A DNA stretch of 64,000 nt from Eledone cirrhosa (taxonomy: Eukaryota). Of this stretch, positions 11,215 to 21,462 are shown in pieces. Below the pieces are notes generated by a model that was given only the letters and a program-made list of their open reading frames with translations, was not told the DNA's origin and made no database searches. A program made the position numbers and the translations under genes. Position 1 is the first letter of the stretch, and each line of letters starts with the position of its first letter. The stretch spans positions 125,116,001 through 125,180,000 of the forward strand of contig OZ024740.1 of the NCBI GenBank assembly GCA_964016885.1, given 5' to 3'.

Positions 11215-11689
11215 AAAGGTAAACAGAAATAACAGAACAAACAACACAGTACAATAAGAAAATCTATTAGTTTTACACTTGTTATAGTAGGAAAAGAGTA
11301 CACACTCACACACACACACACATATATATATATGTATGAGATTCGTATGTGATAGAAAAACGGTGTTGAATGCCTGTGTGCATATAAATATGTAAACGCC
11401 ATTTCTGAAATTACCGTTAGTTCAGCATGTTGTCAATGCTGTGATTTTCCATGTGTTAAAAGTAGACTGTTGTTATAATAACTCCAAATAAGATAAGTTT
11501 CACTTTTTATGTATCAAATCTTTTTCGGTTGTATATATATATGTATGAGATTTGTATGTGATAGAAAAACGGTGTTGAATGTGTGTGTGCATATAAATAT
11601 GTATGTATACGCCGTTTCCCACCCTCCCCCATCTCCACCACATTCGGAATACATGCCTGACGCTGTATGCTAATCACGTCTCGTGAATA

Positions 11690-14600
11690 TAGCATAGAAC
11701 AGACAAGGGGAGGATGGAGGCTCCGTAATCTGTAGTGTAGGCAACCCATCTAGGAGAGCTACCACTCCGAATAAATTGGTGCGGGGTAGAGAAGTCCCTA
11801 AGTCCAGTAAGACAACTTTCCTAGTGCTGGTGGCACGAATAAAAGCACCCAGTCCGTGCTGTAAAATGTAGGGGGAGAGAGGGCCCCCTGAGTCCAATAA
11901 GACAACCTCTCTAGTGCTGGTGGCATGAATAAAAGCACCCAGACCATGCTGTAAAATGGAGTGGCGGAGAGTGCCCCTGTGTCCAATAAAACAACCTCTC
12001 TAGTGCTGGTGGCACGAATAAAGGCACCCAGTCCATGCTGTAAAGTGGTGCTGGTGTTAGGAAGGGCATCCAACTAGTATATATAAATGCCAAAATTATG
12101 AGCACAACAAATAAGAATTGTAACAACTGCGTAAACAGAAATAACACTAACCATGTTAGGGCTGCGCACAGTAGTGGGGGTGGCTGTTGCGGCCATGTGT
12201 GAGAACCCCCGACCGTCATCAAGCAATCGCACAACCACCACAACAAGAACAATAATAAGAAGACGTCAAATCTCAGAGTTGCCACACTTAATGTTTGCAC
12301 TCTAACAGGCAGATCTGGTGAGATTGTGGAGATGCTAGAGAGATACAGGTGGATGTGTGCTGCGTGCAAGAGGTGAGATGGAGAGGTGCCTCTGCAAGAC
12401 TAATCACAGGCAAACATCTTATTTATAAGTTTTTCTGGGTAGGTAATGATGATGGGTTAGGTGGGGTAGGAATTTTACTGGCTGAGAGATGGATCTATAA
12501 GACAATAGAGATAGATAGAGTCAGTAATAGAATAATTAAGATTAGATTAGTTGTAGGCAAGAGACTGATGTCTATCATCTCTACCTATGCTCCCAGGCGG
12601 GCCTAGGTAAAGGAGAAAAAGACTGCTTTTACGAGCAACATTTAGTAACAGCCACAATGACAGAGGACAGAGACATCATTATGCTAGCAGGGAACTTCAA
12701 TGGTCATGTTGGACAGCTCCAGGATGGATACACTGGGTTACATTGTGGGCATGGTTATGGTTCAAGAAACGAAGGAGTGAGGCTTCTTGAATTTTGTGAT
12801 ATAAGTGCACTAACCATTTGCAACACTAACTTCAAGAAACCTACCAACCATCTAACAACCTACAAATCAGGCGAGCACATAAGCCAGATTGACCTTTTGC
12901 TAGTTAGGCAGCGAGACAGGCAGATGGTGTCAAATACTAAGGCACACCTCAGGGAAGAATGTACACCACAGCATAGGTTAGTCGTTAGTGACATCTCAAT
13001 AAGCAAGAGACAAAATGAGACATTCAGGAAGGTGTGGAAAAGGAAGGTCTGGAAACTAAAAGACCTTTCACTAAAATATAAATTTAGGAAAGCCCTTCAA
13101 GATGTGTATGACGAGAAAGAAGACATTTTAGAATCGTATGACATAGATGATAACTGGAATTTCTTATGTAACAGCTTACTGCAGGCTACTGAAAAAACTT
13201 GTGGCTGGAGTAGAGCTCCGACCAGACAGAGAGTGACCTGGTGGTGGAACAACATGCTAGATAGGGCCATTAGAGACAAAAGACTAGTATGGAACACTTG
13301 GAAAAATGGTGGGAGTAGAGACCGATACACAGCCGCTAAGAGAGAAGCAAGATGTCAGGTGTACTTAGCACACACGGAGGCTGAGAGTAGGAGGTTTGCC
13401 AATGTCCTGCAATGGGAAGATCAGAGACGTGCGGTGTTCCACATTGCAAAGCAGTGTGTCAGTGTAAATCGGGTTGTTGTTGGAGATAAATGTGACTGGA
13501 ATGGTGCTGGTGTACTAATGATTAGAATAAGGGGGCCTGAAAATGTCATTATGAGAGGCTGATGAATGTGGAGAACGAATGGGAGAGTGAGAAACTACCC
13601 CCAGTAGACCCGACAGAGGGACCAGCTATTGAGATTGACGAATATAGGATCCAAGAGGCAATTAAGGAAATGAAAAAAGGTAGGGCAGCTGGACCATTGG
13701 GGATAGTTGCTGAGATGCTGAAGGCATCAGGAGAAGTAGGTACTAAACTGGTTGCATGCATCATCAGTCAAGCTATATATGGTGGAGTCATACCTAAAGA
13801 CTGGTGCAGCAGTATTCTCATAAATTGCTACAAAGGTAAAGGGGATGCTCTGGAGAGGAGCAATTATAGAGGCATGAAACTGATGGATCAGGTTATGAAA
13901 GAGGCAGAAAGGATATTAGCGCAACTAATTAGAGAAAGGGTCAAACTAGATGAGATGCTGTTTGGTTTTGTGCCTGGCAAACGTATAACAGATGCCCTCT
14001 TCTTAGTTCGACAACTACAAAAGAGGTTCTTAGAGAAGAATAAGCCACTATACTTAGCTTTTGTTGACCTAGAGAAAGCATTTGATAAGGTACCCCAATC
14101 TGTCATCTGGTGGTCCCTAAGGAAACTAGATGTTGAGGAATGGCTTGTGAGGGCAGTGCAAGCTTTCTACAGAGGTGCTGTCATAACATGAGGGTAGGAA
14201 TGGAGTTTAGTGAGGAATTCCAGATACAAGTAGGAGTACATCAGGGTTCAGTCCTCAGCCTGCTCTTGTTAATTATAGTCCTTCAAGCCATAACAGAGGA
14301 GTTTAAGACTGGCTGCCCATGGCAAATTATCTACGCTGACGATTCTTATACCAGAATCAGTAGAGGAGCTAGAGAATAAATTCTGGCTATGAAAACAGCA
14401 GTTGGAATTAAGAGGACTGAGAGTGAACATAGCTAAGACAAAGGTGTTGATAAGTAGAAAAGAGGACAGATCTCTGACCCCATCAGGGAAATGGCCATGT
14501 TCAATATGTAGAAAAGCAACTGGCATAAATTCTATAAAATGTACATAATGCAGATGTTGGGAACACAAGAGATATAGTGGATAGCAGGCAAACTAACAGG

Positions 14601-15323
14601 TAGGGGAAAATACGTATGCAGTGGATGTACAAGGAAAGTTGACAATAGAAGTCGCAGTGATAGACACATGTTTCAAATGCACGTACGTTCTATAGAAGTG
14701 GTTGGTAGCTTTCAGTACCTAGGTGATCAGATTAGCATGGGAGGGGGTGTTTCAAGGGCATAGTATCTAGAATAAGGATGGGTTGGAAGAAGTTTAGGGA
14801 GTTGCTTCCTCTGCTGACAAAGAAGGGTTTCTCCCTATGTACGAAAGGCCAGTTATATGATGCCTGTGTGAGATGTGCAATGCTTGCATGGTAGTGAGAC
14901 ATGAGCAGCAACTGCAGAGGATATTTGCGACGGCTGGAGAGAAATGAAGCAAGCATGCTCCATTGGATGTGTAATGTTAATGTACGTGAATGACCAAGCA
15001 TGAATGAATTGAGATAGAAACTGTGTATAAGAGGGATAAGTTGTAGTGTGCGGGAGAGAATACTGCGATGGTATGGACATGTGATGCACATGGAGCATGG
15101 CCGCTAGTTAAAGGCGTGTGAAGAAATGCCAGTAGAATGAAGATGTAGTAGAGGAAGACCACGAAAAACATGGGCAAAGGTGGTGAGAGCGGACCTCAGA
15201 TCGCTGAAGCTCCCGGGGGAGATGACAAAGGACCATGACTAATGGAGTGATGTTGTGCTGAATAGGACCCATCCCACTCTTGCAAGCAGGGAAAAGCGGA
15301 CGTAAAATGATGATGATGATGAT
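11690..15323 (+). mobile_element. RTE-clade LINE, near full length, disrupted (copy 1)
   Basis: 5'UTR with tandem repeats; APE (ATLNVCTLTGRSGEIVEML...DVCCVQEVRW, GNFNGHVG, PQHRLVV); RT (NYRGMKL, FVDLEKAFD, GVHQGSVLS, IYADD); Cys-rich finger; 3' end cggacgtaaaa(tga)n. Split over ORFs 12349-12606, 12657-13562 and 13562-14191 by frameshifts and stops. Confidence 0.95.
11802..12050 (+). repeat. ~90-bp tandem repeat (about 2.8 units) in RTE 5'UTR
   Basis: Units start at 11802, 11892 and 11981 (gtcca(g/a)taa...ctagtgctggtggca(c/t)gaataaa...). Confidence 0.9.
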
Positions 15324-15324
15324 A

Positions 15325-15675
15325 GGGAGTGTAATATGAAGTTACTGTAGGTTCACCCGAGAGAGCACTCAATGCGATGTTTCCAGTCTGTAAAGAGGTG
15401 TAGATCTAAGCAGAATGTAATTATAATAATAAAAGGATGATTTGTTATGTCTTCATCATGTTTATTCAGTAGTAACACACGTATTGCTATTGATCAGCTC
15501 ACGATTCGATCTGTATAGATCTAGCCCAACTTTGGAATCAAAAGCTCGTCGAACCTCTGCTGTGTTAATGACAGACTAGATTGATACTGTCCGAACCTTG
15601 AGCTGATCAATAGCGAAACACGCGTCACTACTCAATAAACATAATGAAGATATAACAAATTGTCCTTTTATTTTT
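15325..15675 (-). mobile_element. Penelope-like fold-back element, family P4, with half-hammerhead
   Basis: Imperfect inverted repeat at about 15428-15672. The right arm has gctgatcaatagc-GAAAC-acgc-GTC-actactc. The tail toward 15325 has GAGTGCT on the minus strand. Confidence 0.6.
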
Positions 15676-15701
15676 ATTATTATTATTATTATTATTTTAT
15701 A

Positions 15702-15757
<56 letters not shown>

Positions 15758-15885
15758 AAGTTATATTTAAAATTGTTGGGTTACAACTAGTAAATATTTA
15801 TAACTGATATAAAAGCACTCGACAAATATTTGGAGTATATTTACAATATTAAATAAATGGAAAACTATATTTATAAAACCATATT

Positions 15886-15951
15886 TATTTCATTATATAT
15901 ATTTCGGGGATATCATATTAACAATATGCTATGCCTTCATCAGACAAAATA
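15886..15951 (-). ncRNA. Type I minimal hammerhead ribozyme (left arm)
   Basis: Reverse complement of 16109-16174. Confidence 0.7.
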
Positions 15952-16108
15952 CAATATAAACAGTTTTATAGATAAATATATTCGACATACCGTAATAAAC
16001 ATCAACTTCATTTGAAGAGGTTTACTCTGCTAGAGTAAACCTCTTCAAATGAAGTTGATGTTTATTACGGTATGTCGAATATATTTATCTATAAAACTGT
16101 TTATATTG

Positions 16109-16174
16109 TATTTTGTCTGATGAAGGCATAGCATATTGTTAATATGATATCCCCGAAATATATATAATGAAATA
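16109..16174 (+). ncRNA. Type I minimal hammerhead ribozyme (right arm)
   Basis: tattttgt-CTGATGA-aggcatagcatattgttaatatgatatcccc-GAAA-tatata-TA-atgaaata. Stem I has two G-U pairs; stem II is imperfect with an A-C mismatch at its base. Confidence 0.7.
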
Positions 16175-16233
16175 AATATGGTTTTATAAATATAGTTTTC
16201 CATTTATTTAATATTGTATATATATATATATAT

Positions 16234-16429
16234 AACAAAGGAAAAGTGGTAAGGAACCAGGTGGACCATAATGCACCAAAGTACTCAATACTTAGGGTAG
16301 TAGAGTGGGTAATAGGAACGAGTAGGACCCCGACGGCTGAGCTCAAGCCGTTTCGACGGCTAATTCTGGACTCAGAATTAGCCGTCGAAACGGCTTGCGC
16401 TCAGCCATCGGGGTCCTACTCGTTCCTAT
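16234..16429 (-). mobile_element. Short hairpin element, family P5 (half-hammerhead fold-back plus GAGTACT tail)
   Basis: GC-rich hairpin 16312-16429 (57-bp arms, 2 mismatches, 4-nt loop) plus a ~78-bp tail, with (TA)n on both sides. A diverged copy lies at about 21463-21662 and a fragment at about 7383-7430. Confidence 0.75.
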
Positions 16430-16450
16430 ATATATATATATATATATATC

Positions 16451-18751
16451 CCCCATGAAGAATGCACCTCCCAACATAGACTGATAATTAGCGACCTAAT
16501 AGTCAGGACGAGACGTACTAGACAACAGAAGAGGACTATCCTCAGGAGAAAAATATGGAAGCTAAAGGACCCCACAGCCAGAAGTAAATTCAAAAGTATA
16601 CTACTTGATGCATTCGACAGTAAGGAAGAGCAATTAGAGTCGTACAATATAGAGGAGCAGTGGGAATTCCTGAAAGCAAACCTGCTGATGGCGGCAGACG
16701 AAGTCTGTGGCTGGAGCAGGCCTGTAGGCAGGAGGAGAGTAACATGGTGGTGGAACAGTAAGGTGGAGGGGTCAATTAAGGCCAAAAAGCAGGCTTCGAA
16801 AGTATGGCGGGATGGGGGAAGCAGAGAAGACTATCAAGGGGCTAGGAGGGAAGCTAGGAGACAAGTGTACTTCGCAAGAAGGGAAGCAGAGGAAAGAAAG
16901 TTCAAGCATGTTCTACAACGCGAGGACCAAAAACGTGAGGTGTTCAGGATTGCTAGGCAATGTGTCAAGGAAAACCGTGATATTGTCGGGGAGAAGTGTG
17001 TACTTAATGATGACGGCGTACTTGCCATCACCGACGCTGATAAGAAGGTAGCTTGGAAGTGTCACTATGAAAGGCTACTAAATGAGGAGAATAAATGGGA
17101 GAAAGACAGTCTCCCCCACATCGACCCAATAGAGGGACCAGCAGTGTTAGTCGAGGGTAGTACAATAAGTAAGGCAATCAAAGATATGAAGACGGGTAAG
17201 GCGGTTGGGCCTTCGGAAATAGTTGCCGAGATGCTGAAGGCATCTGGTACGGTGGGACACACCATGGTCACCCGGATAGTTAACCAAGTTGTACAGAATG
17301 GGGTTGTTCCGAAGGACTGGCGTAGCAGCATCATCGTTAACTGTTATAAGGGTAAAGGAGATGCCCTAAATAGGAGTAACTATAGAGGCATTAAATTAAT
17401 CGACCAGGTCATGAAGGTCACGGAAAAAGTAATAGCGCAACTAATCAGAGAGAGAATTGATCTAGATGAAATGCAGTTCGGGTTTGTGTCAGGCAAAAGT
17501 ACCACAAACGCTCTTTTCATTGTACGACAACTACAGGAGAAGTACCTAGCTAAAAGTAAACCCCTATACTTAGCTTTTGTCGACTTGGAGAAAGCCTTCG
17601 ACAGAGTCCCCCGTTCCATTATCTGGTGGGCTCTTAGAAAACTAGGTGTTGACGAATGGCTTGTGAGAGCTATACAAGCCATGTATAAAGAAACAGTCAG
17701 CAAGGTTAGAATTAACAACGAATATAGTGAAGAGTTTAGCGTAAAAGTTGGCGTCCATCAGGGCTCTGTTCTCAGCCCCCTACTATTTATTATTGCCCTT
17801 CAGGCTATAACAGAGGAGTTCAAGACCGGTTGCCCATGGGAACTCCTATACGCAGATGACCTAACACTCATAGCTGAATCAATGGCCGAGCTAGAGAAGA
17901 AATTCCAAACATGGAAGCACGGCCTAGAATCAAAAGGCCTTAAAATTAACCTGGCTAAGACTAAAGTTCTAGTTTGTAAGAAAGAAAATAAGGCGGCGGT
18001 CGCTTCCGGGAAGTGGCCATGCTCAGTGTGTAGGAAAGGTGTAGGTAGAAACTCCATTTTGTGTCCCAAATGCAAAGTATGGGTGCATAAAAGATGTAGT
18101 GGGATCACAGGTAAGCTAACTAAGAACATAGATTTTACATGTGGCCGGTGCTCTGGTGCAATAAGTAGCAGCAAGTGCCCACGAAATACTAGCTATTTCA
18201 ACTGCGCAGAGGGTTCTATAGAAATAGTGGACAGCCTGGGTGACAAAATCAGCAGTGGGGGAGGGTGCTCTGAAAGTACAGTAGCTAGAGTCAGAACTGG
18301 ATGGAAAAGGTTCAGAGAGCTTATACCACTATTAGCCACTAAAGGGTTCTCCCTAAAAATGAAAGGCAGGTTGTATGATGCCTGCATACGAACAGCAATG
18401 TTGCATGGCAGTGAGACATGGGCATTGTGTGCAGAGGATATACGCAGACTAGATAGAAACGAAGCTTGCATGCTCCGCTGGATGTGTAATAGTAATATAC
18501 GTGAACGGCAAAGCATAAACGAACTAAGGAAAAAATTAGAAATAAGAGGGATCAGATGTTGTTTACTCGAGAGAACGCTACGTTGGTATGGTCACGTGAT
18601 GCGCATGAAATACGATAGCTGTATAACAAAGTGCAGGGCAATAAAGATAGATGGTAGCCACGGAATAGGCAGACCCAGAAAGACCTGGGACGAGCTGATA
18701 AATTCCGACCTCACACACTTACACCTCACCAAGACAATGTCACTGGACTGA
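16451..18751 (+). CDS. RTE reverse transcriptase frame (APE mostly missing; RT plus PHD-like finger)
   Basis: ORF track 16688..18751 (687 aa); the frame is also open from 16451. Motifs: NYRGIKL, QFGF, FVDLEKAFDRV, GVHQGSVLSP, LLYADD, MLHGSETW, LRWYGHVMR, GRPRKTW. The final TGA is likely a CGA decay. Confidence 0.9.
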   Translation, partial: PHEECTSQHRLIISDLIVRTRRTRQQKRTILRRKIWKLKDPTARSKFKSILLDAFDSKEEQLESYNIEEQWEFLKANLLMAADEVCGWSRPVGRRRVTWWWNSKVEGSIKAKKQASKVWRDGGSREDYQGARREARRQVYFARREAEERKFKHVLQREDQKREVFRIARQCVKENRDIVGEKCVLNDDGVLAITDADKKVAWKCHYERLLNEENKWEKDSLPHIDPIEGPAVLVEGSTISKAIKDMKTGKAVGPSEIVAEMLKASGTVGHTMVTRIVNQVVQNGVVPKDWRSSIIVNCYKGKGDALNRSNYRGIKLIDQVMKVTEKVIAQLIRERIDLDEMQFGFVSGKSTTNALFIVRQLQEKYLAKSKPLYLAFVDLEKAFDRVPRSIIWWALRKLGVDEWLVRAIQAMYKETVSKVRINNEYSEEFSVKVGVHQGSVLSPLLFIIALQAITEEFKTGCPWELLYADDLTLIAESMAELEKKFQTWKHGLESKGLKINLAKTKVLVCKKENKAAVASGKWPCSVCRKGVGRNSILCPKCKVWVHKRCSGITGKLTKNIDFTCGRCSGAISSSKCPRNTSYFNCAEGSIEIVDSLGDKISSGGGCSESTVARVRTGWKRFRELIPLLATKGFSLKMKGRLYDACIRTAMLHGSETWALCAEDIRRLDRNEACMLRWMCNSNIRERQSINELRKKLEIRGIRCCLLERTLRWYGHVMRMKYDSCITKCRAIKIDGSHGIGRPRKTWDELINSDLTHLHLTKTMSLD

Positions 18752-18968
18752 GACCTTTGGCGGTACTCAGTAATAGAGAAGACCTGCCTTACCTAAATAC
18801 AAAGTAAAACCTACTACAGTCAGTAGGCATCTCTAACAAAATACACCCCGCCCCGTCCCACCACCCCCACCCCATCCACACCGCCCCTTTCAATGTAAAG
18901 TTATGTTGATGCCACAACATCCAGGCCGAAACAAATGAGATCGTGTAGGTGTCACGACAAAAAAACAC

Positions 18969-19200
18969 ACAGTTCACGCTGTAATGTGGCCGTGTAGGCA
19001 ACACGGTAAAAACCTCCCAGCCCCACACTGAAAATGTGGTTGGTGTTAGGAAGGGCATCCAGCTGTAGAAAACCCGCCAGACAGTCCACGCTGAAATGTG
19101 GCCGTGTAGGCAACACGGTAAAAACCTCCCAGCCCCACACTGTAAATGTGGTTGGTGTTAGGAAGGGCATCCAGCTGTAGAAAACCCGCCAGACAGTCCT
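18969..19200 (+). repeat. 112-bp tandem duplication in RTE 3'UTR
   Basis: Units start at 18969 and 19081 and are nearly identical. Confidence 0.92.
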
Positions 19201-20143
19201 ATGCGAGCAAGACAATCACTCTTGCCTCAAGTGGGAAAACCCCCGTCCAAACCCATGCAAGCGTGGAACACGGACGTTAAACGTTGATGATGATGATGAT
19301 GATGATATATATATTATATATATATAAAGGCACAAGTTTGGCTTCTGAAACAAAGTAGGTTGTTTTGCAGAAAGATTTTTTAGATTGAATCCCATAGTGT
19401 GGCACTTTGCTCAAATGCCATCATCTATGTGCATGTGTATGTGATGAAAGATTAGGCCCCAATTTTATTTTCCAAGGCACTACTGTGCTCTATGACTTCT
19501 GCAGACATTTTTCTTTAATGTGCTTCAAGAGAAGTGATTGTTAGCCCCTTACTCAAATCTGCTCCATTTCATAAAATAGGAAACAAATAGGAAATAACAA
19601 ATTTGGAGAAAGTTGACAGAGAAAAGAATTGACTCCAGTACTTGAATAGAATACTTTTTTATCAACTCTAAAAATGTGAAAGGCAAAGCTGACCTTGAGG
19701 TATGAAATTAGATTACTAAGAAGCAGAACAACACATTTGTCTGAAATTTTAATGATTTGGTCAATCAAATGCCTTAGCCAATATGATTACAATGTTTTTT
19801 TTAAAGTCAGCTGATAGCATAATAAACTACAAATGCAACTAAAAACATCTTATAAGAAAGTATTAACAATGGAATTTATCAAACATTCAGGATGTGTTCA
19901 TTTCAATTATGTTTCTAATAAAACACATGCACTTTACATTGCATTCTATATTATAAATAGTATTAACATAGGCTTCAACTTCAATAAATTTGTTTGTCAG
20001 ATCTAATTATTTATGACACATTTGCAAAAGCAACATTGTGCAAAAGTCTTGAAAACTTAATCCTGAAGTCCTTAAACCAAATGAAATTGATGAAGCATTT
20101 CCCAATGGGTCTTCATTGTCGACTTCTTCTTATTATTATTATT

Positions 20144-20575
20144 GTGGATTAGCAGTATACTGGTGTATTAGCAGTATCGGTAGAGGGTCGGATGCCATGC
20201 TTTGACGCATAGAGTTACGGCCCTTGCCATTCTGCGTTCAAATCCTGCTGAGGTTAACTTTTCATTTCATCCTTACGCGGTTGATAAAATAAAGTACCAG
20301 TAATGCAGTGGGTAATTGCTGGTCTTGTGCCAAAAAGTAGAAACAATTATTATTGTGGATTAGCAGTATCAGTAGAGTGTCAGACACCATGCATTGCAGC
20401 ATAGAGTTATGACACTTTATGTTCTGAATTCAAATCCTGCCAAGGTTGGCTTTGCTTTTCATCCTTATGGGGTCGATAAAATAAAACCCCATTAATGTAC
20501 TGGGGTAGATTTAATCGACTCCCCACCAAAAAAAATTGCTGGCCTTGTGCCTATTGTAGAAATAATATTATTATT
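20144..20575 (+). mobile_element. Two tandem family A SINEs
   Basis: gtggattagcagtat at 20144 and 20354. Each has a ttcaaatcctg B box, the tttcatcctta...gataaaataaa core and an (ATT)n tail. Confidence 0.88.
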
Positions 20576-21214
20576 CTCCTTCTTCGTTCCCTTATTCCTG
20601 GGATGGTTGTGGGAGCAGAGTTCTCAAACATACTTTCCAGTGGATCTTTCAGAAGATGCTGTCTACAAGTGAGACAAGCTGAGCTCATGGATGTTATTTA
20701 CCATGTTGCTCAGGGTCTAACCCTGGGTTTTCTGCCAGTTTTGCCTGTAAAATCTGTTCAGCAATTCTTCCCTGAGACATTCTAATTGGCTATGATTAAT
20801 ATAGGAGGAGTGATGTCTCAATTCAGTGTCGTAGCGGCTCTACCTACGTAAGGACTCTCTGATCACCAAGCTCACAAATACATTTATGTATCCACAACAT
20901 TAAAAGTGAAAACAAATTTTGTTTTTAATTTTTGGTGAAACTGGCCGTAAAATTGCTTGGTATGCAAATGAGGCTAATAACCCGATGCTTACATTTGTGA
21001 ATACTTAGTATTCTCAGCAGTTCCAGGCACTAGCTAATGAGCAGAATACACAAACTTGACAAGGAACAAGACATCCTGAAACAATTAACAATTGTAAATT
21101 GTCATTTGTTTCTCTCAGCTACCACTGGAACAAAAAGATGACATCATCATCTCTGCCATGTGGTATTTTATGATGCTGTTTACTTGTAAACACACTGAAT
21201 ATTAATAATATGAT

Positions 21215-21405
21215 ATTGGTTTGCCAGTAATGGTAGAGCGTGAGACACCATGCTTTGCAGCATAGAGTTATGACCCTTTACATTTCAAATCTCACCGAGG
21301 TTAACTTTGCCTTTCATTCTTACGGGGTCGATAAAATAAAGTACCAGTAATGCACTTGGGTGATTGCTAGCCTTGTGCCAAAAGTAGAAACAATTATTAT
21401 AATAT
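21215..21405 (+). mobile_element. Family A SINE
   Basis: gaggttaactttgcctttcattcttacggggtcgataaaataaagtaccag...gccaaaagtagaaacaattatt. Confidence 0.85.
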
Positions 21406-21462
21406 TATTGTTATTCACTCACGAATACTCTATCTATCTATCTATCTATACATATTTATATA

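Larger units (their letters stand above)
15755..16218 (-). mobile_element. Penelope-like pLTR fold-back element, family P1
   Basis: Apparently perfect palindrome 15842-16218 (187-bp arms, 3-nt loop gct at 16029-16031) plus an 87-bp tail with GAGTGCT. Flanked by (TA)n and homologous to 7441-7660. Confidence 0.85.
16450..19306 (+). mobile_element. RTE-clade LINE, 5'-truncated, young (copy 2)
   Basis: Inserted in (TA)n. Begins at the end of the APE domain (PHEECTSQHRL), has an open RT frame and a long 3'UTR with a 112-bp tandem duplication, and ends cggacgttaaacgt(tga)n. Confidence 0.97.

Noticed and set aside
11802-12050. Repeat-spacer look suggesting a CRISPR array
   Set aside because: The intervening sequences are also homologous, the context is a eukaryotic LINE 5'UTR, and there are no cas genes.
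20144-20250. A-box and B-box-like sequences as tRNA genes
   Set aside because: No cloverleaf; they run directly into the SINE core and tail.
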